Below are positions 25,109-37,659 of a stretch of 64,000 bases of DNA, in pieces. Positions within the stretch are counted from its first letter, which is position 1; each line of letters begins with the position of its first letter. A model generated the notes under the pieces. The model saw nothing but the letters and a program-made list of their open reading frames with translations. It had not been told where the DNA came from and ran no database searches. Made by a program: the position numbers and the translations under genes. The DNA is from Bugula neritina (Eukaryota > Animalia > Bryozoa): positions 6,605,190-6,669,189 of the forward strand of contig OZ037771.1 in NCBI GenBank assembly GCA_964035545.1. Direction: 5' to 3'.

Positions 25109-25639
25109 TTTGAGTACCGAAGTCAAGTTCAATGCAAGTGCCGAAGGAGCACGTCTACGGAATGCAACTGCGAGCGCGCCAACTTCAGAACTACGACAGG
25201 ACGACGTTGTGTAAAGAGATGAATGTTTGGTCGATGAAGTCCGGTAACAAGTGAAACGAAAAGAATTGACTCCAGTTTGTGTTTTCCCCAAGTAATGGCG
25301 TGCTGGAACAAACCGAGTTGAATACATTTCACTTGCAAAAGTTAAACCCGAAGGGTTAAAGTTCACACTGGTCAAACCAAGTTTGCAAAAACGTGAACAT
25401 TTGGCCAACAAACATATTGGAGTTAATGTCTCTATGACAAAGTCAAAGTATAGTTGATGATGAAGTATAGTTGAAAAATTTAGACTCATAAATTGCAGAG
25501 TTTTGCAATAAATAATAAATAATTAAGTCAATAATTATGAATTATATTTGTAATAACAATAAAATATTATATACATTGACATAATACTATAAAGATTTGT
25601 TTGGTCACGCGCACAAAGGGAGACAACTTCAACAGTAAT

Positions 25640-28600
25640 AGACCATGTAAAACTCAGCCAATCAGCGAAGTGTACCAGGTCAATGTCTTACCATTGTAAC
25701 TGATATAAAATTCTGCAAGTTCAATTGCAAAATGCATGCTTCTAAAAGCTAGTTGTGCAACTTTTTTTTCATGCATTATTTAATTTCATATCTTAAATTG
25801 ATGACTCTTGAAATGAATTTTTAAAATGTCTAAATTAAGTGTTTATAAAATGCAATTAAAAATTTCATGTCTAGAAAAATGACCTGGTACACTTTTGCAA
25901 CTTAAGGCCAATTATTACATAACTGCCAGCTTAGTAGTTATTTGTTGTTGCAGCTTGAATGGGTTATTGTTTAGCATTGGAAGCTTGCAGTAAACATCTG
26001 TGAATTTGGTACATGACTGATTGGCTGGTTTTTGAATGGCCCTTTAGTATATGCATCTGGATGGCTAAGTAGTGTAGACTCCGCCTACATCTAGCTAATG
26101 TACAGTAGCCAATCCACAGTAGTATTACAAAATTTCTGTTTAACAAATGAAATATTCTGGTCATTTGTCTTGTACTTTACAATAGTAAATATTCTATTCA
26201 ACTAGAATGGTATTGTATGTGAGCCATGGGAACTACTAAGAGGTTAAATCAACCACCCATGCTGGTAATATTGTAGCTCGCAGTAATAGCAAGTCCACAC
26301 CATATAAATATACACATAAGCTATTATGTGCAGCTTATGAATGCTGAAATGACCCCATTTCTTACCTTCAATTTGATTAAAAAATTGTATTACATATTCT
26401 GCCACTTCTGCACCAGGAACTTGTTTTCCTTTTAAATTTTGAAAATAGTGGGCAGTTTCTGCAGCAGTCAACATCCACAATAAACAACGTAAGCTTTCAA
26501 ATAAACTATAAATATATGAAATATTAGTGTGGAAACAATGTAATTTATTCATTGCTATGATGAAAAATTATAAGAATATTATATAAAAGCTAGATATAGA
26601 TTTCTAGTAAAATGGCACAGGTAAAAATAACACATTTTTACTTCAAATTCTAAATTTCATCAGTCACCAATGGTGGCTGTAGATTACAGAGAGCACAGCA
26701 AACTATCATAATCTTGTCTAATAGAGGTGCCAACACCAAGTTCACACCTCCAGGACCATTTAAAATATTGAACTCTTTTATTCTTTTGATTGCTCTTTTG
26801 ACATGGATTCGAAGGTTAGCAATCAACTTTGTTTGCAGTAACTTAATTTAGAAATATAAAAAAGGCCAGCAAGCATTTGAAACTGGAAATCTTGACGCAG
26901 CTTCATCAAAGCCAATAAAAGTTTATCTTGTCCTGTTAACTTTTTTTCTGAAAGTGAGAACTTTCATCTTCGGACATATAAATCTAAATATAGTAAACAA
27001 AGAATGAAAATTAAATTATGATTCAAATTATAATGTATGTGCTAAATAAATTTTGTGCTTAGTTTGTATTCATTCAGCAGTTTTTACCCTCTAGTAAGTA
27101 GCTTCAGTTATATTTTGCAATAACTATGAAGTTCAAGAACTGCTAGTTGAAGGCTTGACCCAATATATCACCATCCAAACAGAATGTAATGTGTGTCAAC
27201 ATGTGTTACATAATACTGTAACAGTACATAATAAGCTAGTTGTATGAATACATCCTTTGAATGAAGTCATGAGTTTAAACAAATACTGTGGGCAAACAAT
27301 TATTACTTCATTTTATAATTATACTATAACTAATTCAAACCCATATTATTTCTAGAATAGCATTTAATAATGCTTGTGAATAAGTGAAACTAGTAACAAG
27401 TGGAAACCATTTTAGTTTTAAACACTGAGTTAGTTTCAGCTAAAAATTAGATTAGGAGGCCACTTTTGATAAGCTTTAAAATAACCAAGGAAAATTTAAG
27501 TCAAAACAATTTACTTTTCCCGGAGAAAGTGAGTCAATTTGTCCACAAATAAAAGACTGCTGCTTGTTTAAATAAAACCCTAAACTAAATAAATCAAAGC
27601 ATGCAGATGACCGCTGTGGTATTTATGAATATCTTACATAAAACAACATCTTTAATAAGAAATGTATAAATGATACACTCATACTGCAACAAATTTAATT
27701 AAAATGACAGTTTTACTACACATCAAATTTATTCAATGTACAAATTTTAGCATAGTGAGACTTGCATTGTTTATTTGTAATAAACCATAGTCTATCTTTG
27801 CAATAAGAAAATCATAATTTTTACCTTGCTAAAAAATAGTATAGAGAACGTGTAGGAATTCCAGTATAGAATTTAGTTCGCTCATCTGTAGTGGTGAAAG
27901 TTTTAAAAACTTTTACTTTTTCAATAGTTGCTTTTTGTTTAAACGTGGAACTTTTTGAGCCTTTTCTTCCAACTTTTGATTTTCGTCTATCAATAGAATG
28001 TGCAGATCTTTTTTTCTGAGTAGTTGATGATTCTGGTAACTCAGTTACTTCTGATGAAGTCTGACTATGAGGATGGCTGTCAGATGAGTTCTGTTGCTCT
28101 ATATCAGCTGACTCTGTTGAAGACGTTTTCTGTTCACTTTTTTCACATGTTTCATTAAAACCACTGTTTTTTTGTGCGTCTTACATTATATGCTTTTGTG
28201 CATTGGTAACCCAAATGAAGGGTTGGAGTTGAATTTTGCTCAGTGGGCTGACCATCCTTATGATTATGATTATGATAGTCTGCTGTGCTCTCTGTAATCT
28301 ACAGCCACCATTGGTGACTGATGAAATTTAGAATTTGAAGTAAAAATGTGTTATTTTTACCTGTGCCATTTTACTAGAAATCTATATCTAGCTTTTATAT
28401 AATATTCTTATAATTTTTCATCATAGCAATGAATAAATTACATTGTTTCCACACTAATATTTCATATATTTATAGTTTATTTAAAAGCTTACGTTGTTTA
28501 TTGTGGATGTTGGCTGCTGCAGAAACTGACCACTATTTTCAAAATTTAAAAGGAAAACAAGTTCCTGGTGCAGAAGTGGCAGAATATGTAATACAATTTT

Positions 28601-29343
28601 TTAATCAAATTGAAGGTAAGAAATGGGGTCATTTCAGCATTCATAAGCTGCACATAATAGCTTATGTGTATATTTATATGGTGTGGACTTGCTATTACTG
28701 CGAGCTACAATATTACCAGCATGGGTGGTTGATTTAACCTCTTAGTAGTTCCCATGGCTCACATACAATAACATTCTAGTTGAATAGAATATTTACTATT
28801 GTAAAGTACAAGACAAATGACCAGAATATTTCATTTGTTAAACAGAAATTTTGTAATACTACTGTGGATTGGCTACTGTACATTAGCTAGATGTAGGCGG
28901 AGTCTACACTACTTAGCCATCCAGATGCATATACTAAAGGGCCATTCAAAAACCAGCCAATCAAAGTCATGTACCAAATTCACAGATGTTTACTGCAAGC
29001 TTCCAATGCTAAACAATAACCCATTCAAGCTGCAACAACAAATAACTACTAAGCCGGCAGTTATGTAATAATTGGCCTTAAGTTGCAAAAGTGTACCAGG
29101 TCATTTTTCTAGACATGAAATTTTTAATTGCATTTTATAAACACTTAATTTAGACATTTTAAAAATTCATTTCAAGAGTCATCAATTTAAGATATGAAAT
29201 TAAATAATGCATGAAAAAAAAGTTGCACAACTAGCTTTTAGAAGCATGCATTTTGCAATTGAACTTGCAGAATTTTATATCAGTTACAATGGTAAGACAT
29301 TGACCTGGTACACTTCGCTGATTGGCTGAGTTTTACATGGTCT
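25640..29343. mobile_element. ISL2EU/PIF-Harbinger-like DNA element with about 1.08-kb inverted arms (foldback derivative), AT TSD
   Basis: 25637-26713 is the near-perfect reverse complement of 28268-29346. Termini AT|AGACC...GGTCT|AT. An internal transposase remnant is present. Confidence 0.88.
26650..28255 (-). pseudogene. THAP + DDE_Tnp_4 (ISL2EU-type) transposase remnant, 5'-truncated
   Basis: DGQPTEQNSTPTLHLGY (THAP end), DERTKFYTGIP, TKLIANLRIHVKRAIKRIKEFNIL and LLDKIMIVCCALCNLQPPLVTDEI*. Confidence 0.8.
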
Positions 29344-29427
29344 ATTCTTATATAAGCCACTATTAAAGCGAAAGTTAAAATTATCAAACCAATAATTTGG
29401 GTAGAGTGCCTAACAAATACAATCAGG

Positions 29428-32400
29428 ATGAGTTTCTTCAGTAAAACTGTGTGGTTTTTGAAAGGGTTAAAAGAATACACCAAGTAAGTAGTTCTCCGTA
29501 AAATAAGGAGTTTTTTTGAAAAATAAAATTATATTATTTCATTTTTGTTTTGTAATATGATAATAAACTACATTAATGATTAATTATTAAATTTAATGAT
29601 TAAATTTAAATTAAAAAATAACTGTAAGTTAAACTTAATAACCTAAACTAAAGCAAAAGTTAAAGTGAACGTACTGCTGTGGTAAATATTAGGAATTATC
29701 CCCCTTGACACATTACTTATGGCTATTTTTCTAAATACTGTAGTTATTGCTAAGTCTGTAGCATAACTTCCTAATACCCTAAAATACTATGGCTATTGTT
29801 AAGCCTTTAGCATAGTAAACAGTTAATCCCCTTTCCCCAATTATAAGTTACAATACGCATACACTTGGTTGGGTTCATTTTTGCTGATTCATGTAAACCG
29901 ACAGTTGGACCGATTTCGGCAGGTGGATGCCGACAAACCGAATGTCGGTTGCCGACATGATCAGTGTCGGTTACCGACATGACGAATGTCGCCATTCTCT
30001 GCCGAACATCGGCCCGCTGTCGGTAGAGGGTTCTAGAAGTCCTTTGTTCCACTGGTATAAAAGGACACGCATTTTAGAGCTTCAGTCACTTGCGGACTGG
30101 AGCTCACACTGGACACTTCTCTCTACTACAATAAAGTACTGCAAGCACACGGCAACCTCTCTCTCTTGTCTCTTCTATAACAAGGAGTTATGTTCTCTGC
30201 CTGATTTCATTCTATAACCCACAAAACTACTACACTGCTACTAGTTCTACTTCTACTTCTAGTTCTAGTGTTCAGTAGCAACACTACAAGTATGATTTAG
30301 TTTATTTATAAGTATAAGTTTATATAACTAAGAGTAAGAGTAATTATAGGGTGGAGTATTTTATGATTTTTAAATAGGAGCATCTGACTCTGTGGTCTGG
30401 ACTTTATTAGTTGAATCACTGGCAGTTAAGTATAACTATATGATTTTGAATATCCATTAACATAATCAACTTTGAGTTTAAATTGAACATAAACTTTGAG
30501 TTGAAAGTAAATCTTTACATACATAATTGAGTAGATGTAGCTGTAGCCTATTCTCACAGTGATACTGTCTTCTTGTCCACACAGCCTTACTCTACCTCAA
30601 ACTCACAATGAGTATATGAATATTTTATGATGGTTTTTCACGTTGCACAATGCAGGACCTTAAGGAAAAATCACTGACAGTGGAAGACTCACGTGCAAGC
30701 AACACCATGTCAACAGCAAAATAGTAGCATAAATAATAGTAAGCTGAAAACATTGGCATGATGGCTTACTGGCAACTCATAAAGTGTAGACTTATAATTC
30801 CTCAATTACCGCTGAACTGGTTGAGTGTATCGGGCCATGCTGGTAACCCTGTTTTAAATTCTCTCTCTTGTAGAGGCGGATATGAATCTGCAGCCAAAAA
30901 CTTCAACCTCAATGATTTGGTGAACATTGATGTCCACGGTGCGAGTTACATGATCACTGGTGCGAATAGTGGTAAGATAACAATAACTTGAGTTGATGTG
31001 AAATTTTTTTCTTGAACTTAAAAACATATAAGCTTTCCTTAAAGTGGACTTCACTGTTTGAACTTAGTCTTTGAATGAGAAGCAAAGTTGAGGTAGATGA
31101 AGTAGCGTATCTCTTAATGTTTAAGGTATTGGAAAAGTTGCAGCACTGGAAATAGCCAAGTGTGGTGGAACTGTCCATTTGGTGTGCAGGAATAAGGAAA
31201 GAGGCGAAGCTGCTGCTTCAGAAATTAAACAATTGGCAAACAATGAGGTGAATTCATTTATTTTAGGCTAATATTTAAAAAAAAGTAAGCAAAGCAGCCG
31301 TGGTCTAGGGGTTAGAGCTTTTATCTAGTAAGCACGAAGTAATGGGTTCCAGCCTGACAAAGGCCTATGGTGATGTTAGGGAGAGCATCCAGTCATAATT
31401 GCTCCTGTGCCACATATGAATAAGTCCTTAGCCCAAATTAACAAAAGCTCTTTCCATCAGGGATTTCTCACAGGAATGGCGACTATAAACTTGCGTGAGT
31501 TTTTTTTTAAAGAAAATAACTGTGCTTGAGAATTTTGAAACTATAAATGCCGTCACATCTAGTAGTAAATGAAAGTGATATGGATTCAGCAGACACCATG
31601 TATGTGATTATTGCTTACAATTAGGCTTTCAATTACTGCTTTTGATTGGTAATTTTTTCACATTTTCTTCGCTGTAAGAAAACTTGTATTCAAAGTTTTG
31701 GGTTCAAATTATGTAATTACTTCGCACGCTTTATTAATGCCGGATTATTTATATGTTTTAGTCAGTATTTCTACATGTTGTTGACTTGGCAAAGCCTGTA
31801 GATGTTCACAAGTTCACCACTAACTTTGTTAAAGGACAGAACAAGCTTGATGTTCTGGTGAGACCAATGTATAATTCTATCTCAACATCCTGTGGTTAAT
31901 ACTTGGCACTTATCACCACTGAAATATAATTTATATTATATTTCAACGCTTACTATTATATGCTGAAAGAACTTGGTAATGGCTTAAGCTAGGACCACAT
32001 GCAGCAGATTTCTTTGAAATGTGTGGAGCAGGTAATTTTGCAGCTAAATTAATCGTACGAAAATTTCTGGTCCATGTGGTCTTAGCTTTCCTGCTTAAGG
32101 ATTTCATCTTTGTTTTAAAATAAACTCAACAAAGTCATAATAAGGAAGTCACAACAACTTTTTATAGCTGAGGCTCTGGCGATTTTTTCAAACTTGGTTT
32201 ACAATTAAATAGGATACTATACTGTAATATTTGATAATCTGTGTTGAATTCTTACTTCCTTGTAATATACTGAGTATTGGTGCTACTCAACTGGCACTTA
32301 AAACAGTTTACCATGTTCTGCTTTACATGAGGTCTAGTACTGTTTAACATGTATACTAGTTTATTACATGTGTGTTTAGTGTAGCTCACACTGTCTCCAA

Positions 32401-34286
32401 CATGCTCACTTAGTGGAAACATTACAGATCAACAATGCTGGGTGTATGAATCATGAGAGAAAGCTGGACACATTTGGATTTGAGTCCAACTTTGCAACCA
32501 ACACTCTCGCTGTTCACATTTTAACTAAGGGTCTACTGCCTTTGATTGAACAATCAAATGATCCAAGAGTGGTAAGGCTTTGTCTATGTCACATCTTGTT
32601 TAACTTTGATGACCTTGTAGGTTTTATGTAGTGCATACAAAATTGTGTGTGCACCAGGATAATTTTATTAGATTGGATCATACATGAATATAGTAGTGTA
32701 GATTCTGTATTTAGAGAGATATATCTATACACCACTGTCTAGTCTCTCAATTTATCCCCCCCCCCCACCCTTTGTCTGACCTCTCAATTGAAACCCCCGT
32801 TTAATCTCTCACTCTACACGCCTGTCTTGCCTCTCACTCTACACTTCCCACTTTACAATCCTGTCCAGTCTTCTACTTTACCCCCTCCCTATCTAGCTTC
32901 TATCTTACACCCCTTCTAGCCTTTTGTCTTACCTCTCACTCTACACTCCTGTCTAGCCACTCACCCTGCACCTGCACATTTCTGTTTGAAGATAATGGTA
33001 TCTTCTGGGGGTATGCTGACTGAAAAGCTCAAAGTAGCTGACTTACAAAGTGAGAAGATGAAACCATTCGATGGCACGTCTGCATATGCTCAACAGAAAC
33101 GGCAGCAAGTCATCATGACTGAAATCTATGCCCAGCAAAGTCCCAATGTGAAGTTTAGCTCTATGCACCCCGGTTGGGCCGATACTATAGGTAGTATAGA
33201 TTTGTCTACCCCTGTTTCAATTTTATTAAGCATAAATTAACTTAGTTTTAAAGATTATTTCATCTGTTCAGTTTGGAAAGCCTTCTCATAGTTTCCCAGT
33301 GGTCCCAATATTTATGGTGAGTTTTGCTCTTTGTATATTTTTGGTTCTGAAGTGCCCATGAGTTGGTGGTCATAGCGCTGGCCTATCATAACACATCTCA
33401 TGGTTAGATTTTCTACAGGACCATTGACTATCTCTAGAAGAATATTTTGTAAAAAATTCCTCTATGCCACAGTATTACCAGTATGGTGAGAGCAACAGTT
33501 CTAAGTCTTTGGTTTCTCACGGCTTTAAACAAATAGGAATATATATTTTGCATATTGAAATGTGCTGCTGCTATCGTTGGCTGTGCATACTAAGATGTTA
33601 CCAGCAGCAGTACACATGGTGCTTTATGCAATAGCTTGTCTTAGCATGAATTCTGTAGCAACTTGTGCTATTATGCTGCAGCTGTACAGCAGTCTATGCC
33701 GTCTTTCCATGCCCGGATGAAGAATAAGCTGAGAACCGCTGAGCAGGGAGCAGATACTATAGTCTGGCTAGCATTATCCCCCTCAGCCAAATCTATACCC
33801 AGTGGAAAGTTCTTCCAAGGTTTGTTCAGACTAGCACTGCTCATGATGTCTGTATATCTTTCTCTCTTTATGATCACCATGGTAAACCATATGACTTATT
33901 TGGTTATTATCTTTCCTCTAACACTATTTCTTTCTACAGAACAGGTGAATTGAAGTTGAAAAATGATTACCTTTCAATTTTGATTGCAGTTAATTTATAT
34001 TTTGGTTTTAATTAAATTCATGTTTTCAACTATTTGGAATTATGTTCCCATCATAATCCAGTATTGCTGGGGATACAGCTGCAGGCTATATTCTAGGATT
34101 ATAATATGCTTTTGTTATATTATAGAAATTGTCATTCCGATTTTTTCTAATATAACAGATAGAAAACCTGTTGCTACGCATTTACCACTTTCTTGGACAC
34201 AAGCATCTGATGCAGATAGAAATCAGCTGATGACATCACTTGATGATATGTTGAAACAAGTGAAAGACACTGCTGGTGACTCATGA
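29428..34286 (+). CDS. DHRS12: Dehydrogenase/reductase SDR family member 12
   Basis: Exons at 29428-29483, 30874-30971, 31126-31247, 31762-31857, 32428-32571, 32992-33190, 33682-33819 and 34159-34286. Motifs VWFLKGLKEYTK, TGANSGIG, INNAG, VSSGGML, YAQQKR, MHPGWADT, DRKPVATHLPL. Confidence 0.95.
29897..30031. repeat. Imperfect GC-rich palindrome (MITE relic) in DHRS12 intron 1
   Basis: accgacagttggaccgatttcggcag versus ctgccgaacatcggcccgctgtcggt, with internal ccgaca/tgtcgg repeats. Confidence 0.5.
31294..31490 (+). mobile_element. tRNA-derived SINE
   Basis: A-box tggtctagggg and B-box-like ggttccagcc, followed by a non-tRNA body. A weaker relative lies near 33360-33475. Confidence 0.6.
31987..32087. 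mobile_element. Small MITE (Harbinger/Tourist-like)
   Basis: TIRs agctaggaccacatg / catgtggtcttagct, preceded by TTA. Confidence 0.6.
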
Positions 34287-34895
34287 AGTGACACTGCTTA
34301 GCATTTGTCTCGGATGTCGTTTTATGACACATCCCTGCAGGTGACCCACACCAATCAGTTAGACAGTTGAATCAATTACCTCAATCGTTGTTATCTATTT
34401 TTATATGTTGTATTTATCAGATCATATAATTTGTCACCAAGACAACAATCAATTTTAAAATATTTTTATTAATTATTGTTTTGTTTATAAAAACACAATC
34501 AATTCATATAACAGTATAATAAATTGTATTAAATGTAATAAATCTACACATCACATTTATTGCACATATAAAAGCGAATGCTTCAGGTGCAGCTGCAGAT
34601 TGTGTTTTCATATATAAAGCAATTTTTAATGCAATAAGTTTTATCTAAGATTTTATTCAATTCTGCTAATATTTTAATGGAGCTTTCTTGAACCCCAGGA
34701 TAAACGTTTTTAAGTTTAATATTTATGTTATAATACATTTTTCATGATTTAATGTATATTGTTAGACTCACAATATTTTATTGATTTCTATTCTGTTTAG
34801 TCATGCTTCTGACTGTGAACTAGAAAACTATTTGAATTATCATCAACAAAATATAGTCATTGTTATTCGTAACTAAATACCCATTGTTGATAGAT

Positions 34896-37395
34896 ATGCT
34901 TTTATATGTAGTAGTACAAGTTCATATATTTACTTTATTCGGTGGAACTTGGCTTGTTGCATCTCAAAATGTTTCTTCAACAACTACATTTTTCCTAACC
35001 AACAACACTTCAGTTAGAAATGACTCCAATGCGACTGTCACTTCACCTGTGGTCAGCTCTGCTAGGGTCACCGAGGCAACCATCCGTACAAAATCCAAGT
35101 CTAGTGAGTGTTTACCTGCTGGTAGCTGCATATAGGTGTCCAGCACTGTTCAGTTTTCATAAGCACACATGTGTATAACATGTCTTGGTAGGGTTTGTAA
35201 TTATTTAGGAGATGGGTTGCTTTTCCAAGTAAATGCTTCTTCCAATGACATAGTTGCTTAAAGCTGTTACCATTACTGCAATACTACTTTGGAGTTGTGC
35301 TTCTTGGTTGGGCATGTAGGTTAAACATGTTAATTTTGAAAATTGGAAGTGAATATTAAATTCAAGATACTTTCTAGAATCACCAAGTCTTCTAGTCACA
35401 AGTTAATTAACAAGATATGTTGATGGTACTTACTTCAACTAAATAATAGACCCTCCAGTATAGAGACTAAAATGGAAGCTTGTTATGTTGGTAATACACT
35501 AAGTTTCCACCATTTATTATTCATTGACATTATATTAAAGTATGTTATTCAGCTCTGATGGCGATCTACTGCTGGCATCTTTACATTAATACACACATTA
35601 CTGCACTGTCTGGTTTCAACCTGAAGCATTAGGTTGGAGTTGTAAAAATGGCTGCTAATTTTCTCAATTAGATCTGTTTTTCCCCACACGAGCGGCACAC
35701 TTTCTGGAGTTGTCTTCTTACAAGTAGTTTTGAGACCGGAACGTAGCAGCCGCCTATAAATTGAGGTGGGAATATTTTAGAAAGCAATGAAAAGAGTGAA
35801 ACTAGCACCTTATCTAATGCAGTGAGCCCACTGACTGTGAGAAATGGCAAAGCTCTCGCACTTATAGCCAAAGATAACGATCAGTATGTTATAAAAGATT
35901 GGATAGTGTATGCGGCTGCAGCAACTGCTGGAGTACTTCTATTTGGTTTGTTTACTTATTTTCATATATCGAATAAATTAACTTAGCAAACAATGCTTTT
36001 ATATTGAAATTTGATATATGTATATACTACATAGGCCACGCCTTGCCTGGAGCAGCGAGCCAAAGGGTTAAAGTTAATAGATCATGCTGCCGGCAAATTA
36101 ACGTGCAGTCGTGCCCTCTTTATTTGACAGGAGAGAATAACTACTCAACATATATAAAAGTTGCAATAAAACACTCCTACAAATAGTGGGAAATTGTGAA
36201 ACAAGTTGCTGTTGAACTTGCAATGATAAATAAAATATTGTTCATGTATAATATTATATTTATATGCCACTTATTTTCCAAACACAAAACTCAACGTATA
36301 TATGTAAATTATCCGAGTTTCTATTCCAAAATAGAAAATAAGTAACATATTATACTAATGGAGCTTAGCTTTATTATATAGTTTCAATATTGCTACAGTC
36401 CATGAATTAATTTTGTCCTGACTCATGAATGAGCATGTTTAGTGGTTAATAGTATACTATACATACTGCGAAAGCAATCATCATTGGTTATAGTTAGTTG
36501 GTTGATAAATATTAGACAGTCCATGATAGCAATATTTCTCTGCTGAAGTTCATAGCTCAACTCTCTATATACTCTCAAAATATGATGAAAATATTGCAAA
36601 GTGAAGCCAGTATCTAATCATTAAATAGTCAATTCTGGGATTTGCAGCACTCAGGCTAGTCATCAGTTCTGCACATTGCAACCGTGTATAGTTTATCTAT
36701 ACTGTGTTCCAAAAATGTAAGGGTTTGCATTGCATGTGATCTATAAAAATTATATAATTTGACTATTTAGCTCTCATTAGCACTATAGTTATTTCACGAA
36801 GACGAAGAAATTCCCAAATACCTTCAGCAGTTCTCCACAACTCAGCATCTCAACAAGTGATTCCAGCAGGTAAGCTGAAAGTAAATAGTATACTTGTAAC
36901 AGAAACACTCAGGTGCACACACACACAGGTGCACATGCACACGCACACACATGCACACACACACACACACACACAACAAACACACAAAGACAACAAACAC
37001 ACAAAGACAGCAAACACGCACACAAACACATTAAAAATTAGTTAAAAACTTGATTTTGTTGCACACGAATTAACATGTTGGTAACAAACTTATATATCTG
37101 CATTTTAATAAAATAACATATAAATTGACTAATGATGAGTCATACAGAGTGGGTGAGTCGCATATCACTTGTTTATTTTGAAGTAGAATCTACGAACTCA
37201 GTGACCTTGATGCCTGACCCTGAGTCAGCACCACCTGGCAGCAGACACAACTCCATGAGACCATCTCTCCCATCACGCATCAGGAGACCGTCTCAAAGAC
37301 GGAATAGCAAGTTCCAGAAACCTGCCCAGAGAAGGCACACGGCTGATAATGGCCAGGCTAGTCGTTACAATCAAACTAAGTACAGTTTTTCCTAG
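34896..37395 (+). CDS. Orphan type I membrane glycoprotein with a mucin-like ectodomain
   Basis: Phase-1 exons at 34896-35103, 35781-35945, 36771-36869 and 37184-37395 splice into one open frame. It has a signal peptide, an S/T-rich region with several NxS/T sites, TM WIVYAAAATAGVLLFALISTIVIS followed by RRRR, and a Pro/Arg/Ser tail. The 3' end is uncertain. Confidence 0.75.
36916..37030. repeat. (CA)n-rich microsatellite
   Basis: Imperfect CA runs. Confidence 0.85.
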
Positions 37396-37581
37396 GTTGT
37401 TCACTGCTATAATATACATTGTTATGTATGGGAATATTATATAAACAATAAAAAATTCATGAAAGTTATATACACATAAAATTGTCTTGTTTGTTCAAGC
37501 CATAGAGTCCATACTCTATACTCTATACTCTATAGTATCAATGCAGGAAAACCAAGTAGTTATATATTACACACATTATAT

Positions 37582-37588
<7 letters not shown>

Positions 37589-37657
<69 letters not shown>
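37589..37657. repeat. (TA)n microsatellite
   Basis: Pure TA run. Confidence 0.97.

Positions 37658-37659
<2 letters not shown>

Noticed and set aside
25043-25489. 148-aa standalone gene
   Set aside because: Its 3' end is ALDH exon 1 reading into the intron; the most upstream part has no support.
25940-26560. YqaJ exonuclease gene expected in ISL2EU elements
   Set aside because: I could not read convincing SPDG or EIKCP motifs; a translated HMM search is needed.
26244-28737. Mirror-image 102-aa ORFs and 66/83-aa ORFs as a gene pair
   Set aside because: They are by-products of the inverted arms and have no recognisable domain.
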